In this document: one piece after another, positions 18,025 to 28,506 of the stretch
Position numbering within the stretch: position 1 is the first letter of the stretch
Layout of the letters: every line of letters starts with the position of its first letter
Source: Pseudomonas sp.
GTDB taxonomy: Bacteria; Pseudomonadota; Gammaproteobacteria; Pseudomonadales; Pseudomonadaceae
Direction: 5' to 3'
NCBI RefSeq assembly: GCF_030683065.1
Contig: NZ_JAUXMX010000034.1
Coordinates: forward strand, 2,385 to 66,384
DNA: 64,000 bases
Translations under genes and position numbers: made by a program
The notes under the pieces: generated by a model
Told to the model about the DNA's origin: nothing
The model's database searches: none
Seen by the model: the letters and a program-made list of their open reading frames with translations, nothing else

Positions 18025-19629
18025 TCAATCCTGGAGTTCGGCCTGACTCTCGACCGGGTCGATGAGTACGGCGAGTTTGCGGCGCACCATCAGGTCGAGA
18101 ATTTCATCCTGGCGCTCACCGAGGATGCCGGCGAAGCTGATGCCGGTGCTCTTGCTCGGCGCGAGCATTTCTACGCGGTACAGCTCGACCGACAGCGGCG
18201 AGTCGATGTTCAGGGGGCTGGAGCCGTTGGCGGCAAGCTTGCCTCCAACCACGATCATCGATACTTCGGTGTCGAAGGGGTCGAGTTCGATGTTGCGGTC
18301 GGTGTCGGCGAGATCCTTGATGTGGCCGTACACACCCGTCAGGCCGTTGGCCGCCGAGATGTTTTCGTACAGGCGAATGTTGGTGCTGTTGCGCAGGCGA
18401 ATACCGTGGCGGGCGTTGTTCAACACCCGGTTGCCCCACAGCAGGTTGTCCGAGCTCTCGTAGATGGTGATGCCGTCGCTTTGGTTCTGGTACACCTCGT
18501 TGTAGGCCACCAGATTGCGCACGCTGTTACGGTCGAGGACGATGCCCGAGAGCTTGTTGTCGTAGCTCTTGTTGTTGATGATCCAGCTGTCGTCGACCTC
18601 GCGGGAAATGATGATGCCGTGCTTCTGCTTGGTCCCGTGCACCGTGTTCTCGGCGATGATCAAGCCGTGGGAACGGTCATGCGGGTCGATGCCGTAGACG
18701 ATGTTGTCGCGGTAGGTATTGCCCTTGATCACAACGTTCTCGGCTTCGTAGCAGTAGAAGCCGTACCAGTGGTCGACGAACTCCGAGTCGATCAACCAAC
18801 CGGTAGGTTCCGCACGTTTGAGGCGCTCCTGCATGCCAGGGGTGTATTGGGTGATGCTGACGCCATAGGATTTGCTGTTGCTGTAGCCCAGGCTGGTGAA
18901 TACGCTGCCTGAGATGTACAGCTCACTGCCGCCCCAGGACACCAGGAACGGGCGGAACTCGCTGCCCTTGCGGAAGCTGGCCGGGCCGTCGTCCGCCTCG
19001 CGCCAGGCGGTGAGTTTGGTGTCGGTGAAAAACAGCTGGCCGTCGTTGACCATAAAGCTGCCGCGCTCCTGGGACAGGCGCAGTTCCTTGGTGTCCTTGC
19101 CCACGTGCAGGGTGGCACCCTCGGCCACGACGATCGGCAGGCGCGCCAGGTAGACGCCCGGCTCGACCTCGCTGAACTGATTGTCCGGCAGGCTGCGGGC
19201 CAGGTCCTTGGGCGTCACATAGCCGCCTTCGATAAAGATCGCATGGGGCATGCCGTTTTGCCGCTTGACCCATTCGCGCAGGCGTTCGTTGCCGCCGACG
19301 AAGTCCTTCAGCGCGTCCTGTTGCACCATGCGCCGCACCACGACTTTGCCGCCGGGCGCACGCTGGATCTTGGCCTCGACGGCGGCAGCGGTGTAGCCGC
19401 TGAGGTCGGGCAGGGTAGGTTCATCCAGATGCAACAGCTCGGGAGGTACGCTGGTTACTGTGTAGTTGCTGGTTTCCTTGAGTGCCTGCTTAGCCGAAAC
19501 ATCAGGGCTGTCGAGCACTTGCGCCGCGTGCACCCAAGGCGCTGCCAATTGCAGCGCGCCGAGCAGTAGGCCGCTGCACAGCAGGCCTACTGCACAGCCT
19601 TGTTTGAGTTTGCCTGGTCGTTGCTTCAT
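18025..19629 (-). CDS. algG: mannuronan C-5 epimerase AlgG
   Basis: 534 aa, signal peptide, beta-helix repeats, DPHD motif (VYGIDPHDRSHG). RBS GAGGA. Confidence 0.95.
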   Translation of the reverse strand: MKQRPGKLKQGCAVGLLCSGLLLGALQLAAPWVHAAQVLDSPDVSAKQALKETSNYTVTSVPPELLHLDEPTLPDLSGYTAAAVEAKIQRAPGGKVVVRRMVQQDALKDFVGGNERLREWVKRQNGMPHAIFIEGGYVTPKDLARSLPDNQFSEVEPGVYLARLPIVVAEGATLHVGKDTKELRLSQERGSFMVNDGQLFFTDTKLTAWREADDGPASFRKGSEFRPFLVSWGGSELYISGSVFTSLGYSNSKSYGVSITQYTPGMQERLKRAEPTGWLIDSEFVDHWYGFYCYEAENVVIKGNTYRDNIVYGIDPHDRSHGLIIAENTVHGTKQKHGIIISREVDDSWIINNKSYDNKLSGIVLDRNSVRNLVAYNEVYQNQSDGITIYESSDNLLWGNRVLNNARHGIRLRNSTNIRLYENISAANGLTGVYGHIKDLADTDRNIELDPFDTEVSMIVVGGKLAANGSSPLNIDSPLSVELYRVEMLAPSKSTGISFAGILGERQDEILDLMVRRKLAVLIDPVESQAELQD

Positions 19630-19642
19630 GGCGTTGTCCTCA

Positions 19643-19754
19643 GAGCTTGTGAAAATATCGAGCGCCGTCGCGAGATCGGCTCCAGGCGTTAGCGCAACGT
19701 CAGCAGCGGGTGGCTGGAGACGGTCGCAGTAGGCGAGAGGTTTTTCACAAACTC
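19643..19754. repeat. 112-bp imperfect palindromic element filling the algE-algG spacer
   Basis: Terminal perfect inverted repeat TTGTGAAAA (19647-19655) / TTTTCACAA (19742-19750). The arms continue imperfectly inward. It shares the GTAGGCGAG and AAAAAC..CTAC motifs with the other elements. Confidence 0.7.
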
Positions 19755-21257
19755 TCAGTACTTCCAGATAACGTCGACGAAGGCGCGATGCATCACCGAG
19801 TCGGTGTCGCTGCCGTAGGCATCGCCGGGCATGAACACGCCACCTCGGAAACGCACCAAGGCTGCCGGCTCGTCAATCGCCTCGCTCATCGCGGCAGGCA
19901 GCAGGCCCTGCTTGAAGTACTTGGTGACCACCAGATCCAGCTCCTGGCCGAGGTCTTTCTCGCCATCAATCAGGGCAACCTGGGGTGCCGGGACATTGTC
20001 CGAGAGCGGGTCATCGATGCGGGCGTTGATCCCGCTTCTGCCGATCTGCTGGCGGTCATCGACCCGCCAGAATTTGTGGTAGACCAGGCTGGCGTCATAG
20101 TCCTCGGCCATCTGCCAGGAGCCGAACAGGGTGGCTGACTGCAGGTTGTTCAGTTCGCCGCGGAAGGCCTCGCCATAGCGATGCACGCTGGCGCGGGTGC
20201 CGGTGAAGGTGGAACGGTTGCTTTGCAGGCCGGTCTGGCGATAGTTGCCCGTGCCGTTGCCGGCGTCATCGCCGCTAGCGCTGCCCCGTGCGTAGGCGCC
20301 GCCGACTTGCCAGTTGGGGTCCAGGCGAAAGCGCACACCCAGGTCGGTGGCCCAGGCGCTGACGTTGTCGCTGTTCTTGCCGGTGGCGATTTCCTGGCCG
20401 TTGTCGATGCCGCGCGTCAGGTCTTCGCGGTCACCGGTCAGCGAGGTGAGGCTGGCCCAGTAATTGACCGGCTTCTGGTTACGGAAGTTGTAGGCGTCGC
20501 TGTGGGCTTGCACGCCGAGCCAGGTCAGTTTGCCGGTGGCGCGTTTGTCCAGGGCGTCGATTGGCTGGCCGGGATTGGCCAGCTTGCCGTTATCGTCAGA
20601 GTGATGGGCGTTGAGGCCAGCCCAATGGCCCGGACGCCACTGGGTCGCGACATCGCCGAACAGATGCAGGCGGTCTTCATCTTCCGCGGCCAGTTCGTCG
20701 AGGTCGGTGCGGTACTCGCTGAAGCGCTGGGCTGTACCCAGGCTGGCGCGCAGCAGGGTGGTGTCGAAGGTCCAGTTCAGCGCTTCGATATTGGTATCGC
20801 GCCATTGCCCGTCATCGTTGTGCAGGCGTTGGCGGCCCAGGCGCAGGTGCTCGCCGGGGTAGTCGGTGAGGCCGGCGTAGCCGACCCAGAATTCGCGCAG
20901 GGCCAGGTAGTTCTTCTTCCGATCGCGGCCGTCGTCTGCCGGCGCATCGCTGGCCAGGTCGACGTCGGACGCCGCCAGGGTGTCGGTCTCGATAATGTCG
21001 CTGGCGACCACCGCCTGGCCCATGGCGAAGGCACTCCAGTCACCACGCTGGCCATACAGCCAGGGGCGCAGGTCGACACCGATACCGTTGACGTCGCCAC
21101 CGTCGCGGGTGCCGAGGTCGCGGTCATCTTCCGATTGCGCGGTAATCTTGATGTCGAGACCGAAGTTGTCGTCGCTCATCTGCACCGCCCAAACCGAGCT
21201 GGCGGAGAGTAATGACACACTCAGGCCCAGGCCTGCGGTGATCCTGTTGAGTTTCAT
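19755..21257 (-). CDS. algE: alginate outer-membrane porin AlgE
   Basis: ATG 21257 ([24 protein letters not shown]) has AAGGA upstream. The alternative ATG 21275 forms an ATGA overlap with the algK stop. Beta-barrel-like alternating sequence. Confidence 0.88.
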   Translation of the reverse strand: MKLNRITAGLGLSVSLLSASSVWAVQMSDDNFGLDIKITAQSEDDRDLGTRDGGDVNGIGVDLRPWLYGQRGDWSAFAMGQAVVASDIIETDTLAASDVDLASDAPADDGRDRKKNYLALREFWVGYAGLTDYPGEHLRLGRQRLHNDDGQWRDTNIEALNWTFDTTLLRASLGTAQRFSEYRTDLDELAAEDEDRLHLFGDVATQWRPGHWAGLNAHHSDDNGKLANPGQPIDALDKRATGKLTWLGVQAHSDAYNFRNQKPVNYWASLTSLTGDREDLTRGIDNGQEIATGKNSDNVSAWATDLGVRFRLDPNWQVGGAYARGSASGDDAGNGTGNYRQTGLQSNRSTFTGTRASVHRYGEAFRGELNNLQSATLFGSWQMAEDYDASLVYHKFWRVDDRQQIGRSGINARIDDPLSDNVPAPQVALIDGEKDLGQELDLVVTKYFKQGLLPAAMSEAIDEPAALVRFRGGVFMPGDAYGSDTDSVMHRAFVDVIWKY

Positions 21258-21271
21258 CGCGTAGTCCTTGT

Positions 21272-22660
21272 TCATTGGTTTTGCGCCTGTAGCGAGGCGT
21301 GCTCTTGCAAGGCGTTGCCGCGCACCTGACGCTCATCGCGCAGCAGTTGCTCGGCCTGGCTGCGTTGAGCCGGTTGCAGCTGTTGTTCGATCAGGCGGGC
21401 CAGCTCGGTGGCCTGCGGGGTTTCCTTCGGCAGCGCCAGTTGGCTGAAGACGAAGGCGTTGACCGGGTCGGGTGTTACGCCCTTGCCTTGCGAGTACATC
21501 TGCGCGAGGGCGAAGTCGGCATTGATCTGGCCGTTACGGGCGGCGCTGAGCAGGTGATCCAGGGCTTTCTGCGGGTAGATATCGCCGAGGTAGCCACGGA
21601 TGTAGAGCTGGCCGAGGAAATAGTTGGCGCTGGGCTCGCTGGGCGCGGCCTTGCGCAGATGTTCTTCGGCTTTCTGCGGATCCTGCGCTACCAGTTTGCC
21701 TTCGTAGTAGAGCCGGCCGAGCAACAGTTCGGCGCGTGGCAGGGCTGCGGCGCGGCCGTTGTCGAGGTAGCCCATCATGGTCTCGATGTCGCCCAGCCCC
21801 GGGTAGTCATAGAGCAGGCGCGCCAGGCTGACCCAGGCGGCCGGGTAGGACGGGGCGATGACTTCGAGCAGTTCCTGGGCCTTGCCTTCGTCAGGGGTGC
21901 CCAGTTCGGCGTCGGCCAGCACCCGGGCAACGGCATCCACCCGTTGCGGGGCCACGGAAGCGCTGCGGTAGCCGCTCATCAGGCGTTGCAGCAGGGCTTT
22001 CTGTTTGTCGGCCTGGCCTTGCTTCTGGTACACGGTGGCCAGTTCGATGTAGCAGACATCGGCTTCGGCAATCAGGCCTTGGCAGATCTGCTCGATTTCA
22101 TCCAGGTGCTGGTCGTAGTTGCCCTGGGTGCGATAGAGGAGGATTTGTGCCAGGTCGGCCTGGGTATGGCCTTGCTGGCGCCAGGTGGCGATGCGTTTTT
22201 GCACGTTCATACCGGGGAAATCCTGTGGGTATTGCAGGTAGAGCATGACCAGCGGCAGCAGGCTGCTCGGTTCACCCGCGGTGAAGGCGTCATTCAGCAA
22301 CTCGCCCGCTTCACGGCGCTCGGCCTGGCTGGCGTCCACTTTGCGCGCGAGCAATTTGCCCAGGCGTGCCTTGGCCCGCGGTGACTCATCGAGAGCCAGG
22401 CGGTAGGTCTGCTCGGCCTTTTCCAGGTCTTGCGGCGTGCCACCGGCTACTTGCAGATCGGCCAGGCCGACCTGCGCATTGACGTAGCCCAACTCTGCCA
22501 ATTGGCGGTAGTTCTGCTCCGCGGTGCTGGTGTCGCCGCGTTTCAATGCTTCGGCGGCCAGGCGCTCGTCCGGCAGCCCGGCGCAACCGGCGAGGCTTAC
22601 AGCCAGGGCGAGCGCCAGCAGAGGTGCGGTATGCATGCGGCAGGGGGCTTTAGTTGCCAT
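21272..22660 (-). CDS. algK: alginate lipoprotein AlgK (Sel1/TPR repeats)
   Basis: Lipobox LAGC in [26 protein letters not shown], strong RBS GAGGAGG, repeated Sel1-like motifs. Confidence 0.92.
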   Translation of the reverse strand: MATKAPCRMHTAPLLALALAVSLAGCAGLPDERLAAEALKRGDTSTAEQNYRQLAELGYVNAQVGLADLQVAGGTPQDLEKAEQTYRLALDESPRAKARLGKLLARKVDASQAERREAGELLNDAFTAGEPSSLLPLVMLYLQYPQDFPGMNVQKRIATWRQQGHTQADLAQILLYRTQGNYDQHLDEIEQICQGLIAEADVCYIELATVYQKQGQADKQKALLQRLMSGYRSASVAPQRVDAVARVLADAELGTPDEGKAQELLEVIAPSYPAAWVSLARLLYDYPGLGDIETMMGYLDNGRAAALPRAELLLGRLYYEGKLVAQDPQKAEEHLRKAAPSEPSANYFLGQLYIRGYLGDIYPQKALDHLLSAARNGQINADFALAQMYSQGKGVTPDPVNAFVFSQLALPKETPQATELARLIEQQLQPAQRSQAEQLLRDERQVRGNALQEHASLQAQNQ

Positions 22661-22673
22661 TACTGCGTCCTCC

Positions 22674-23840
22674 TCAGAGACCTTTCGCCAGGGCTTTGTC
22701 GATCAGCCAGTCGAACGACGGGCCACGGTCGAGGATGACTTCGACCGGCTGGCCGGCGAGGCTGCTGTTGAGGCTCTGTTCCGGCTCGATGATCACGCGG
22801 ATGTCCGCTGACAGGCCGCCTTCATGCAGGCTGCTGCTGACGATCTTGCCGTAGCGCGGCGTGTCTTCGCCGGCCACCCAGAAGCTGGCACGGCTACCCG
22901 GGCGCGCCTGGGCGAAGTTGCGATAGGGGAAGCTGGCCAGCACCGTGGCCTTGGTGTTTTGCGGCACCAGTTCGAAGATCACATCGCCTTTGGCGGCGAA
23001 CTGGCCGTCGGCCACCAACTGGCGGGCCACCTTGCAGTCGCACGGGCTGGTCAGGGTGCCCTTCATTTGTTTGCCGAACAGCGCTTCGACGTTCGCTGGC
23101 GACAGTTGCTCGTCGGTCAGGTGACCCTTGAGCATCTCCAGCATGCTGGCGGAGAAGGAGGCGATGGGCGCACCTTTCTCGACCATGGCGTCCGGGCCAA
23201 GCAGGCTATTCACCATGCCTTCGCGCGGCATGGTCACCTGCAGGCTGGGTACGTTGACCTGGGCCGATTGGGCATGGGTGACGAAGTAGATGCCGTAGAT
23301 CGACTTGAAGATAAAGCCGAAGGCGGCCAACCCAACCAGGAAGATCGCCAGGCTGAAGGTCACGGCCTTGAAACGGCCGAATACACCCATGCCGGTGCCG
23401 CCCGCACCGTTCTTGCGTGCCTTGGTGAAGTTTTCCCGCTGCAAGGTGCTCAACAGGTCGCCGGCGCTGACCAGTTCGCCGCCGAGGAAGGCACTGATCA
23501 GGTAGCGCAGGGTGGCCTGCTCGCGTGGCTTGATGTTATGGAACTGGCAGCCCACGCGTCCGTCATCGGCATTCACCGAACGCACCTGGAACTCGATGTC
23601 GACGCCCAGGTCGAGGCTGTCCAACTTGAACTGCAAGCGGCCTTTATGAAAGTCGCCGACCTTTACCTGCTCCTTGCCGGCGCTGAAGCAGAAACCACCG
23701 GCCGAGATGTCGCCGATAGGCAGGTCGACGCGTTCGCGGTTTTTCGTCAGGTAGCGCAGCACGGCCGGGATTTTGACCCGCGCGTGTTGCCGCTGGGCTT
23801 CCGATTCATGGACCACATTGACGTTGACAGCTGTATTCAT
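22674..23840 (-). CDS. alg44: c-di-GMP-binding alginate co-polymerase Alg44 (PilZ + MFP-like)
   Basis: Start at MNTAVNVNVVHESE (ATG 23840), giving 388 aa. PilZ motifs RQHAR and DISAGG, one TM segment, periplasmic MFP-like domain. Confidence 0.93.
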   Translation of the reverse strand: MNTAVNVNVVHESEAQRQHARVKIPAVLRYLTKNRERVDLPIGDISAGGFCFSAGKEQVKVGDFHKGRLQFKLDSLDLGVDIEFQVRSVNADDGRVGCQFHNIKPREQATLRYLISAFLGGELVSAGDLLSTLQRENFTKARKNGAGGTGMGVFGRFKAVTFSLAIFLVGLAAFGFIFKSIYGIYFVTHAQSAQVNVPSLQVTMPREGMVNSLLGPDAMVEKGAPIASFSASMLEMLKGHLTDEQLSPANVEALFGKQMKGTLTSPCDCKVARQLVADGQFAAKGDVIFELVPQNTKATVLASFPYRNFAQARPGSRASFWVAGEDTPRYGKIVSSSLHEGGLSADIRVIIEPEQSLNSSLAGQPVEVILDRGPSFDWLIDKALAKGL

Positions 23841-23883
23841 GGTTGCAATTTCCTGTTCGAAAAGGGGGCCGGTCGAGTTCCGG

Positions 23884-25383
23884 TCACAGCAACGCCAGAA
23901 GCGTGGCGATAAAGACGCTGGCAGCAGCAAAAGTCATGGAGCGCGAAGACCAGGTGTTGAACCAGCGCTGGAAGCTCAACAGGCCGCGATCGAGTTTGGT
24001 CGGCTGGCGGGTCCAGGACTGCTGGTCGAGGCGGAAGAACACGTAGACCTTCACCATCGCGCCGACGATCTGGTTGTAATAGAGAATCACCGGGTAAGCC
24101 GGGCCGATGCGGTGGCCGGTCACGCTGAGCAACAGGGTCAGCACCAGGCGGGTCAGGCCGATCCACAGCAGGTAGGCGATGAGGATGCCGGCGCCGTATT
24201 TGATGCTGGCGAGAAGCGCCACGCTCAGGCCGAGCAGGCTGGTCCACATCGACACGCGCTGGTCGAACAGCACCACGCTGGTAAACCAGCCGAGGCGGCG
24301 CGTGCCCAGACGCAGGGCGCGGGCGTTCTGCCGCAGGTTGTTGCCGTACCAGCGGAACATCAGCTTGCGGCTGGCCTTGATGAAGCTTTTCTCCGGCGGG
24401 TGCTCGACCGTATTGATCGACGCATCCGGCACGTAGAAAGTGTCGTAGCCCAGGCTCATCAGGCTGAACCAGCTCGACTTGTCGTCACCGGTAAGGAACT
24501 GGAAACGCCCCAGGCGCCAATGGTCGAGGTGATCGCTTTCCACATCGGCGATAAACACCGGGTTGGTGACCACTTCGGCGCGGAACACCGACATGCGTCC
24601 GGTCATGGTCAGCACGCGCTTGCTCAGTGCCATCGAGCACATGTTGAGGTGGCGCTGGGCGAAGCGCAGCTGGTGCCACTCGCTCATGATGTAGCCGCCG
24701 CGTACTTCGCAGAACTCGTTGGTGGTCAGGCCGCCGACATTCGGGAACAGCTTGAACCAGGGCACTGTCTTGCGCACCACGCCCTCACCGAGCACGGTGT
24801 CGCCATCGATCACCGCCACTACCGCGTCTGCATTCGGCATTTGCCGGGAAATGGCGCGAAAGCCGTAAGCCAGGCCGTCGCGCTTGCCGGTACCGGGAAT
24901 GCGCACGAAGTCCAGCGTGACGTGCTCTGGCGGGTTCATCCGGGTCCAGAGGTTTTTCACCAGCAGCTCATCGGACAGCTCGACGATGGAACACACCACC
25001 GTCGTCGGGAAACCGCAGTCAATCGCCTCGCGAATCACCGAGCGGTACACCTGGGCGGTGGTCAACGCGTCGATGCGGAAGCTGGTGACCAGCAGAAACA
25101 CCTGAGAAGGGTCGGCGTCCTTGCCGATTTTTTTCACCTTGCGGCGGTAATAGGGGTACACCACGTAAAGGAACAGGATGCCGCGCACAAAGTGCACGGC
25201 GCCCATGGAATAACGCCAGATGCCCACTGCGCCGATCAACAGGAGGTAGTCGCGCGACTCGGGGTCGAACACACTCCTGGGCAGCAGCAATGCGAGCAAC
25301 ATCAGCAGTGATAGGTAGAACAGCCACCCTGCGGCTTCCAGTAGGACGGTTTTTAGCGTGCTTGCTTGCATATGCATATCCAT
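23884..25383 (-). CDS. alg8: alginate synthase glycosyltransferase Alg8 (GT2)
   Basis: 499-aa polytopic ORF with GT2 signatures including LMFRW. The exact start among MDMHM is uncertain. Confidence 0.93.
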   Translation of the reverse strand: MDMHMQASTLKTVLLEAAGWLFYLSLLMLLALLLPRSVFDPESRDYLLLIGAVGIWRYSMGAVHFVRGILFLYVVYPYYRRKVKKIGKDADPSQVFLLVTSFRIDALTTAQVYRSVIREAIDCGFPTTVVCSIVELSDELLVKNLWTRMNPPEHVTLDFVRIPGTGKRDGLAYGFRAISRQMPNADAVVAVIDGDTVLGEGVVRKTVPWFKLFPNVGGLTTNEFCEVRGGYIMSEWHQLRFAQRHLNMCSMALSKRVLTMTGRMSVFRAEVVTNPVFIADVESDHLDHWRLGRFQFLTGDDKSSWFSLMSLGYDTFYVPDASINTVEHPPEKSFIKASRKLMFRWYGNNLRQNARALRLGTRRLGWFTSVVLFDQRVSMWTSLLGLSVALLASIKYGAGILIAYLLWIGLTRLVLTLLLSVTGHRIGPAYPVILYYNQIVGAMVKVYVFFRLDQQSWTRQPTKLDRGLLSFQRWFNTWSSRSMTFAAASVFIATLLALL

Positions 25384-25447
25384 CGTGTACGCCGGAGGGA
25401 TCTTGGGCGAGGGGCTGCTCGCGCGCCCGGGGCTCGGCCCAACTGGC

Positions 25448-25492
25448 CGACAGGCCGTTGAACAACTACCGCGTGTGTTCAGCGGCCTGTCG
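25448..25492 (-). other. 17-bp-stem hairpin immediately after the algD stop codon
   Basis: CGACAGGCCGTTGAACA (25448-25464), 11-nt loop, TGTTCAGCGGCCTGTCG (25476-25492), with one mismatch. No U-tract. The arm resembles the AGGCCGTTGAAAAACTACCTGCG arm of element 11677-11825. Confidence 0.75.
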
Positions 25493-25502
25493 CAGGCTGG
25501 GA

Positions 25503-26813
25503 TTACCAGCAGATACCTTCGGAACCGCTGCGCGAGGCGGTGGGCATGAAACCGACCAGATCGACCACGTGCTTGCCGTCGAGGGCCTGTTGCGCCAGGG
25601 GCGCGAAGCGCGCATCGCCATTGCCTAAGACGATGATCTCGGCGTTATCGACTACCGTGTCGAAGTCGTTGTTGAGCAGCGAGGAGACATGCGGGATTTT
25701 CGATTCGATGTATTCCTTGTTGGCGCCGTAGACGCGGGCATATTCGACGTTGCTGTCGTAGATGCTCAGCTCGAAGCCCTTGCCGATCAGCATCTCGGCC
25801 AGCTCTACCAGCGGGCTTTCGCGCAGGTCGTCGGTGCCGGACTTGAAGCTCAAGCCGAGCAGGGCGACTTTGCGTTTGTTGTAGCTGGCGATGATGTCGA
25901 AGGCGTTCTGCACCTGCACCACGTTGCTGCGCATCAACGCACCGATCAGCGGTGCTTCGACGTCCAGGGCGCCGGCACGGTAGGACAGGGCGCGCACGTC
26001 TTTCGGCAGGCACGAGCCACCGAAGGCGAAGCCGGGCTTCATGTAGTACTTGGACAGGTTGAGCTTGTGATCCTGGCAGATCACGTCCATCACCTCGCGG
26101 CCATCGACCCCCACCGCCTTGGCGATGTTGCCGATTTCGTTGGCGAAGGTCACCTTGGTGGCGTGCCAGACGTTGCAGGTGTACTTGATCATCTCGGCGA
26201 CATCGATGTCCTTGCGGATCACTGGTGCGTCGAGTTCTCTGTAGATGCTTTCCAGCAGATCGCCCGAGGCGCTGTCGAACTCGCCGATCACGGTCATCGG
26301 CGGGAAGTCGTAGTCCTGGATCGCGGTGCTTTCGCGCAGGAACTCGGGGTTCACCGCCACGCCGAAATCGATCCCGGCTTTCTTGCCCGAGCAGTCTTCG
26401 AGGATCGGAATCACCACGTTCTTTACGGTGCCTGGCAATACGGTACTGCGCACGACTACGGTGTGGCGTTCAGGCTTGTTGCGCATGGCGAAGCCGATTT
26501 CGCGGCACACACCTTCGATGTAATCCAGCGCCAGGTCGCCGTTCTTTTTGCTCGGCGTCCCGACGCAGATAAATGAAACCTCGGTATCACGAATAGCATC
26601 GGCAACATCGGTGGTGCCGCGCAGGTGACCAGAGTTCAGGCCCTGTTGCAGTAATACTTCCAAGCCGGGTTCGACTATTGGCGATTTGCCATTATTGATC
26701 AGCTCGATCTTGTTGGCTGATATATCAACGCCGACCACATCATGGCCGCGCGCCGATAAACAACCGGCACACACGGCGCCCACATAGCCCAAACCAAAAA
26801 TACTGATTCGCAT
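25503..26813 (-). CDS. algD: GDP-mannose 6-dehydrogenase
   Basis: Start at [19 protein letters not shown] (ATG 26813), giving 436 aa. NAD-binding GxGxxG. First gene of the cluster. Confidence 0.96.
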   Translation of the reverse strand: MRISIFGLGYVGAVCAGCLSARGHDVVGVDISANKIELINNGKSPIVEPGLEVLLQQGLNSGHLRGTTDVADAIRDTEVSFICVGTPSKKNGDLALDYIEGVCREIGFAMRNKPERHTVVVRSTVLPGTVKNVVIPILEDCSGKKAGIDFGVAVNPEFLRESTAIQDYDFPPMTVIGEFDSASGDLLESIYRELDAPVIRKDIDVAEMIKYTCNVWHATKVTFANEIGNIAKAVGVDGREVMDVICQDHKLNLSKYYMKPGFAFGGSCLPKDVRALSYRAGALDVEAPLIGALMRSNVVQVQNAFDIIASYNKRKVALLGLSFKSGTDDLRESPLVELAEMLIGKGFELSIYDSNVEYARVYGANKEYIESKIPHVSSLLNNDFDTVVDNAEIIVLGNGDARFAPLAQQALDGKHVVDLVGFMPTASRSGSEGICW

Positions 26814-27163
26814 CGTATTGCCTCGTCCGTTTATTACGCAATTTAATAGTGGCTTATTGGCCACAGTCGTTCATTTAACTCAGGCCGGCGGGCGGCTGAA
26901 TTAAGGCAGGTATAAGGAATATCTGGCGTCCGCAGGGGAGGCCTGAGTTGGGTCTGTACTATGAAACGTGCCCTGTGCTGCTGAGCTGCTGGCCCTGGAG
27001 GCTCTAGCTAGTGGCTCTCGGCGGGTCATTGAGGGCGCTGAATAATTCTCCGGTAATGGGGCGGGAGTATGTATGTGAGAGAAGTAACGCGGTGCACTTA
27101 TACCTGGCAATTACTGGCAGGCTTGGTCCATGTGAAGTTATCTGAATTAATATGTTACGTCGG

Positions 27164-27191
27164 TAAGAGTGTGCGATTTTTCCTATAGTTC
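27164..27191 (-). promoter_or_regulatory. AlgU (sigma-22/sigma-E)-type promoter of algD
   Basis: The minus strand reads GAACTA (27191-27186), N17, TCTTA (27168-27164), against the consensus GAACTT-N16/17-TCTGA. The predicted leader is about 344 nt, compared with the roughly 367-nt leader I recall for P. aeruginosa algD. Confidence 0.6.
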
Positions 27192-27193
27192 CT

Positions 27194-27203
27194 ACCGTTC
27201 GTC
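27194..27203. promoter_or_regulatory. AlgR-box (ACCGTTCGTC) in inverted orientation just upstream of the -35
   Basis: The core CCGTTCGTC is on the plus strand, so in the transcription direction it reads GACGAACGG-TA-GGAACTA. As I recall it, the P. aeruginosa RB3 arrangement is GACAAACGG-CC-GGAACTT. Confidence 0.55.
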
Positions 27204-27433
27204 CTCTTTTCGACGGAGATGATGCTATTGCTGTGGTGGCGGTTAGTTGAACGTTGATAGCAATTTATAATTGCGGATTTGTACTGCCTGCGCGGTGTAT
27301 TAAGTGCTGGGAAAGTTCAATGTGACAGGTGTAATTAATTAACCTGGCTGTTTATGCCAGTATTTTATTATCGCTGGAGAGGGTGCCGGCGGGCCGTCTG
27401 AGCGGCCCGTGGCGGTGCGGCGGGGAGGCAAAA

Positions 27434-28213
27434 TCAGTCGTGCGCAAGGTCGCGTAGAAACACCAATTTGTCGGTTTTCGAGTGCTCCGCCGAATACGCG
27501 TAGCCCTGATAATCGAAGGCCTTGAGTTGTTCCGGGTCGCTCACACGCTCCTTGATCACATAGCGTGCCATCAGCCCGCGGGCTTTCTTGGCGTAGAAAC
27601 TGATGATCTTGTACTGGCCGTTTTTCAGGTCCTTGAACTCGATGTCGATAATTCGTGCGCGCAGTGCCTTGCGTTTCACTGCACTGAAGTATTCGGTGGA
27701 GGCCAGGTTGAGAAGCACCTCGTCACCCTGAGCGGCCAGGGCATCATTCAGCCAGCCGCTGATGCGCTCACCCCAGAAGTCGTAGAGGTTATTACCGCGC
27801 GGGTTGGCCAGCTTGGTGCCCATTTCCAGGCGGTAGGGTTGCATCAGGTCGAGCGGACGCAGCACGCCGTAGAGGCCGGAGAGCATGCGCAGGTGTGCCT
27901 GGGCAAAGTCGAAGTCGGCTTCGCTGAAATCTACGGCGTTGAGGCCGGTGTAGACATCTCCCTTGAACGCCAGCAGCGCCTGCTTGGCGTTTTCTGCAGT
28001 GAAGTCTTTCGTCCAGCTGCCAAAGCGTGCGGCATTCAGGCCGGCGAGTTTGTCTGACAGGTGCATCAGTTCGGCAATCTGCATGGGTGTGAAGTCGCGC
28101 AGTTGGGCGATCAGGTCCTGGGCGTGATCGAGGTGCTCGGGCTGGGTATAACGCGGGGTCACCGGCGCGGTCTCGTAATCGAGGGTCTTGGCCGGGGAAA
28201 TTACCATCAGCAT
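27434..28213 (-). CDS. yaaA: peroxide-stress protein YaaA (DUF328/UPF0246)
   Basis: Start at [13 protein letters not shown] (ATG 28213), giving 259 aa. The longer track ORF (to 28414) adds a non-protein-like extension. Confidence 0.9.
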   Translation of the reverse strand: MLMVISPAKTLDYETAPVTPRYTQPEHLDHAQDLIAQLRDFTPMQIAELMHLSDKLAGLNAARFGSWTKDFTAENAKQALLAFKGDVYTGLNAVDFSEADFDFAQAHLRMLSGLYGVLRPLDLMQPYRLEMGTKLANPRGNNLYDFWGERISGWLNDALAAQGDEVLLNLASTEYFSAVKRKALRARIIDIEFKDLKNGQYKIISFYAKKARGLMARYVIKERVSDPEQLKAFDYQGYAYSAEHSKTDKLVFLRDLAHD

Positions 28214-28475
28214 AAAGTCTGCTCCTGAAAGTCTGGGGGCGATTCTAGGCCGAGCGGTGGTCGCGGCTCTAGCTATTAAGACGATGGATTGTTTTGTGTG
28301 CCGGCCCGGGTAGATCCCGGATTGAGGCGCACGCCTTGCGCAGTTCCGGCAAAGCCCTTTGCAATCGCCGAGGATTGCATCCGGGCTTCGCGCGTGCAAA
28401 AGCTTCGCGGGCATGGCCCGCTCCTACGGTTTCTGCGCCCTGCAAGGCTTGTACATAGATACAGAATCTTCGGGC

Positions 28476-28506
28476 TTGACCTGGTGGAGCCAGGGGTTTG
28501 TAGTTT
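28476..28506 (+). promoter_or_regulatory. candidate promoter of the CDF gene with a 19-bp spacer and embedded dyads
   Basis: TTGACC (28476-28481), 19-nt spacer, TAGTTT (28501-28506), 30 nt before the ATG. Dyad CCTGG-N5-CCAGG lies at 28480-28494. An outer inverted repeat is TTGACCTGG (28476-28484) / CCAGGTCAA (28509-28517). Confidence 0.35.

Noticed and set aside
23773-25311. 512-codon plus-strand ORF antisense to alg8
   Set aside because: Same reasoning. alg8 on the minus strand has clear GT2 and membrane features, and the plus-strand product is low-complexity.
26901-27110. 69-codon minus-strand ORF within the algD leader
   Set aside because: It lies in the predicted long 5' UTR, has no RBS, and gives a Ser/Pro/Ala-rich product. 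Most likely non-coding.
27313-27318. Perfect GAACTT (minus strand), first considered as the AlgU -35 of algD
   Set aside because: No TCTGA-like -10 lies at 16-17 nt (the sequence there is CCGCG). The AlgR-like box would then lie downstream of the TSS. The GAACTA-N17-TCTTA site at 27164-27191 fits the P. aeruginosa layout, as I recall it, much better.
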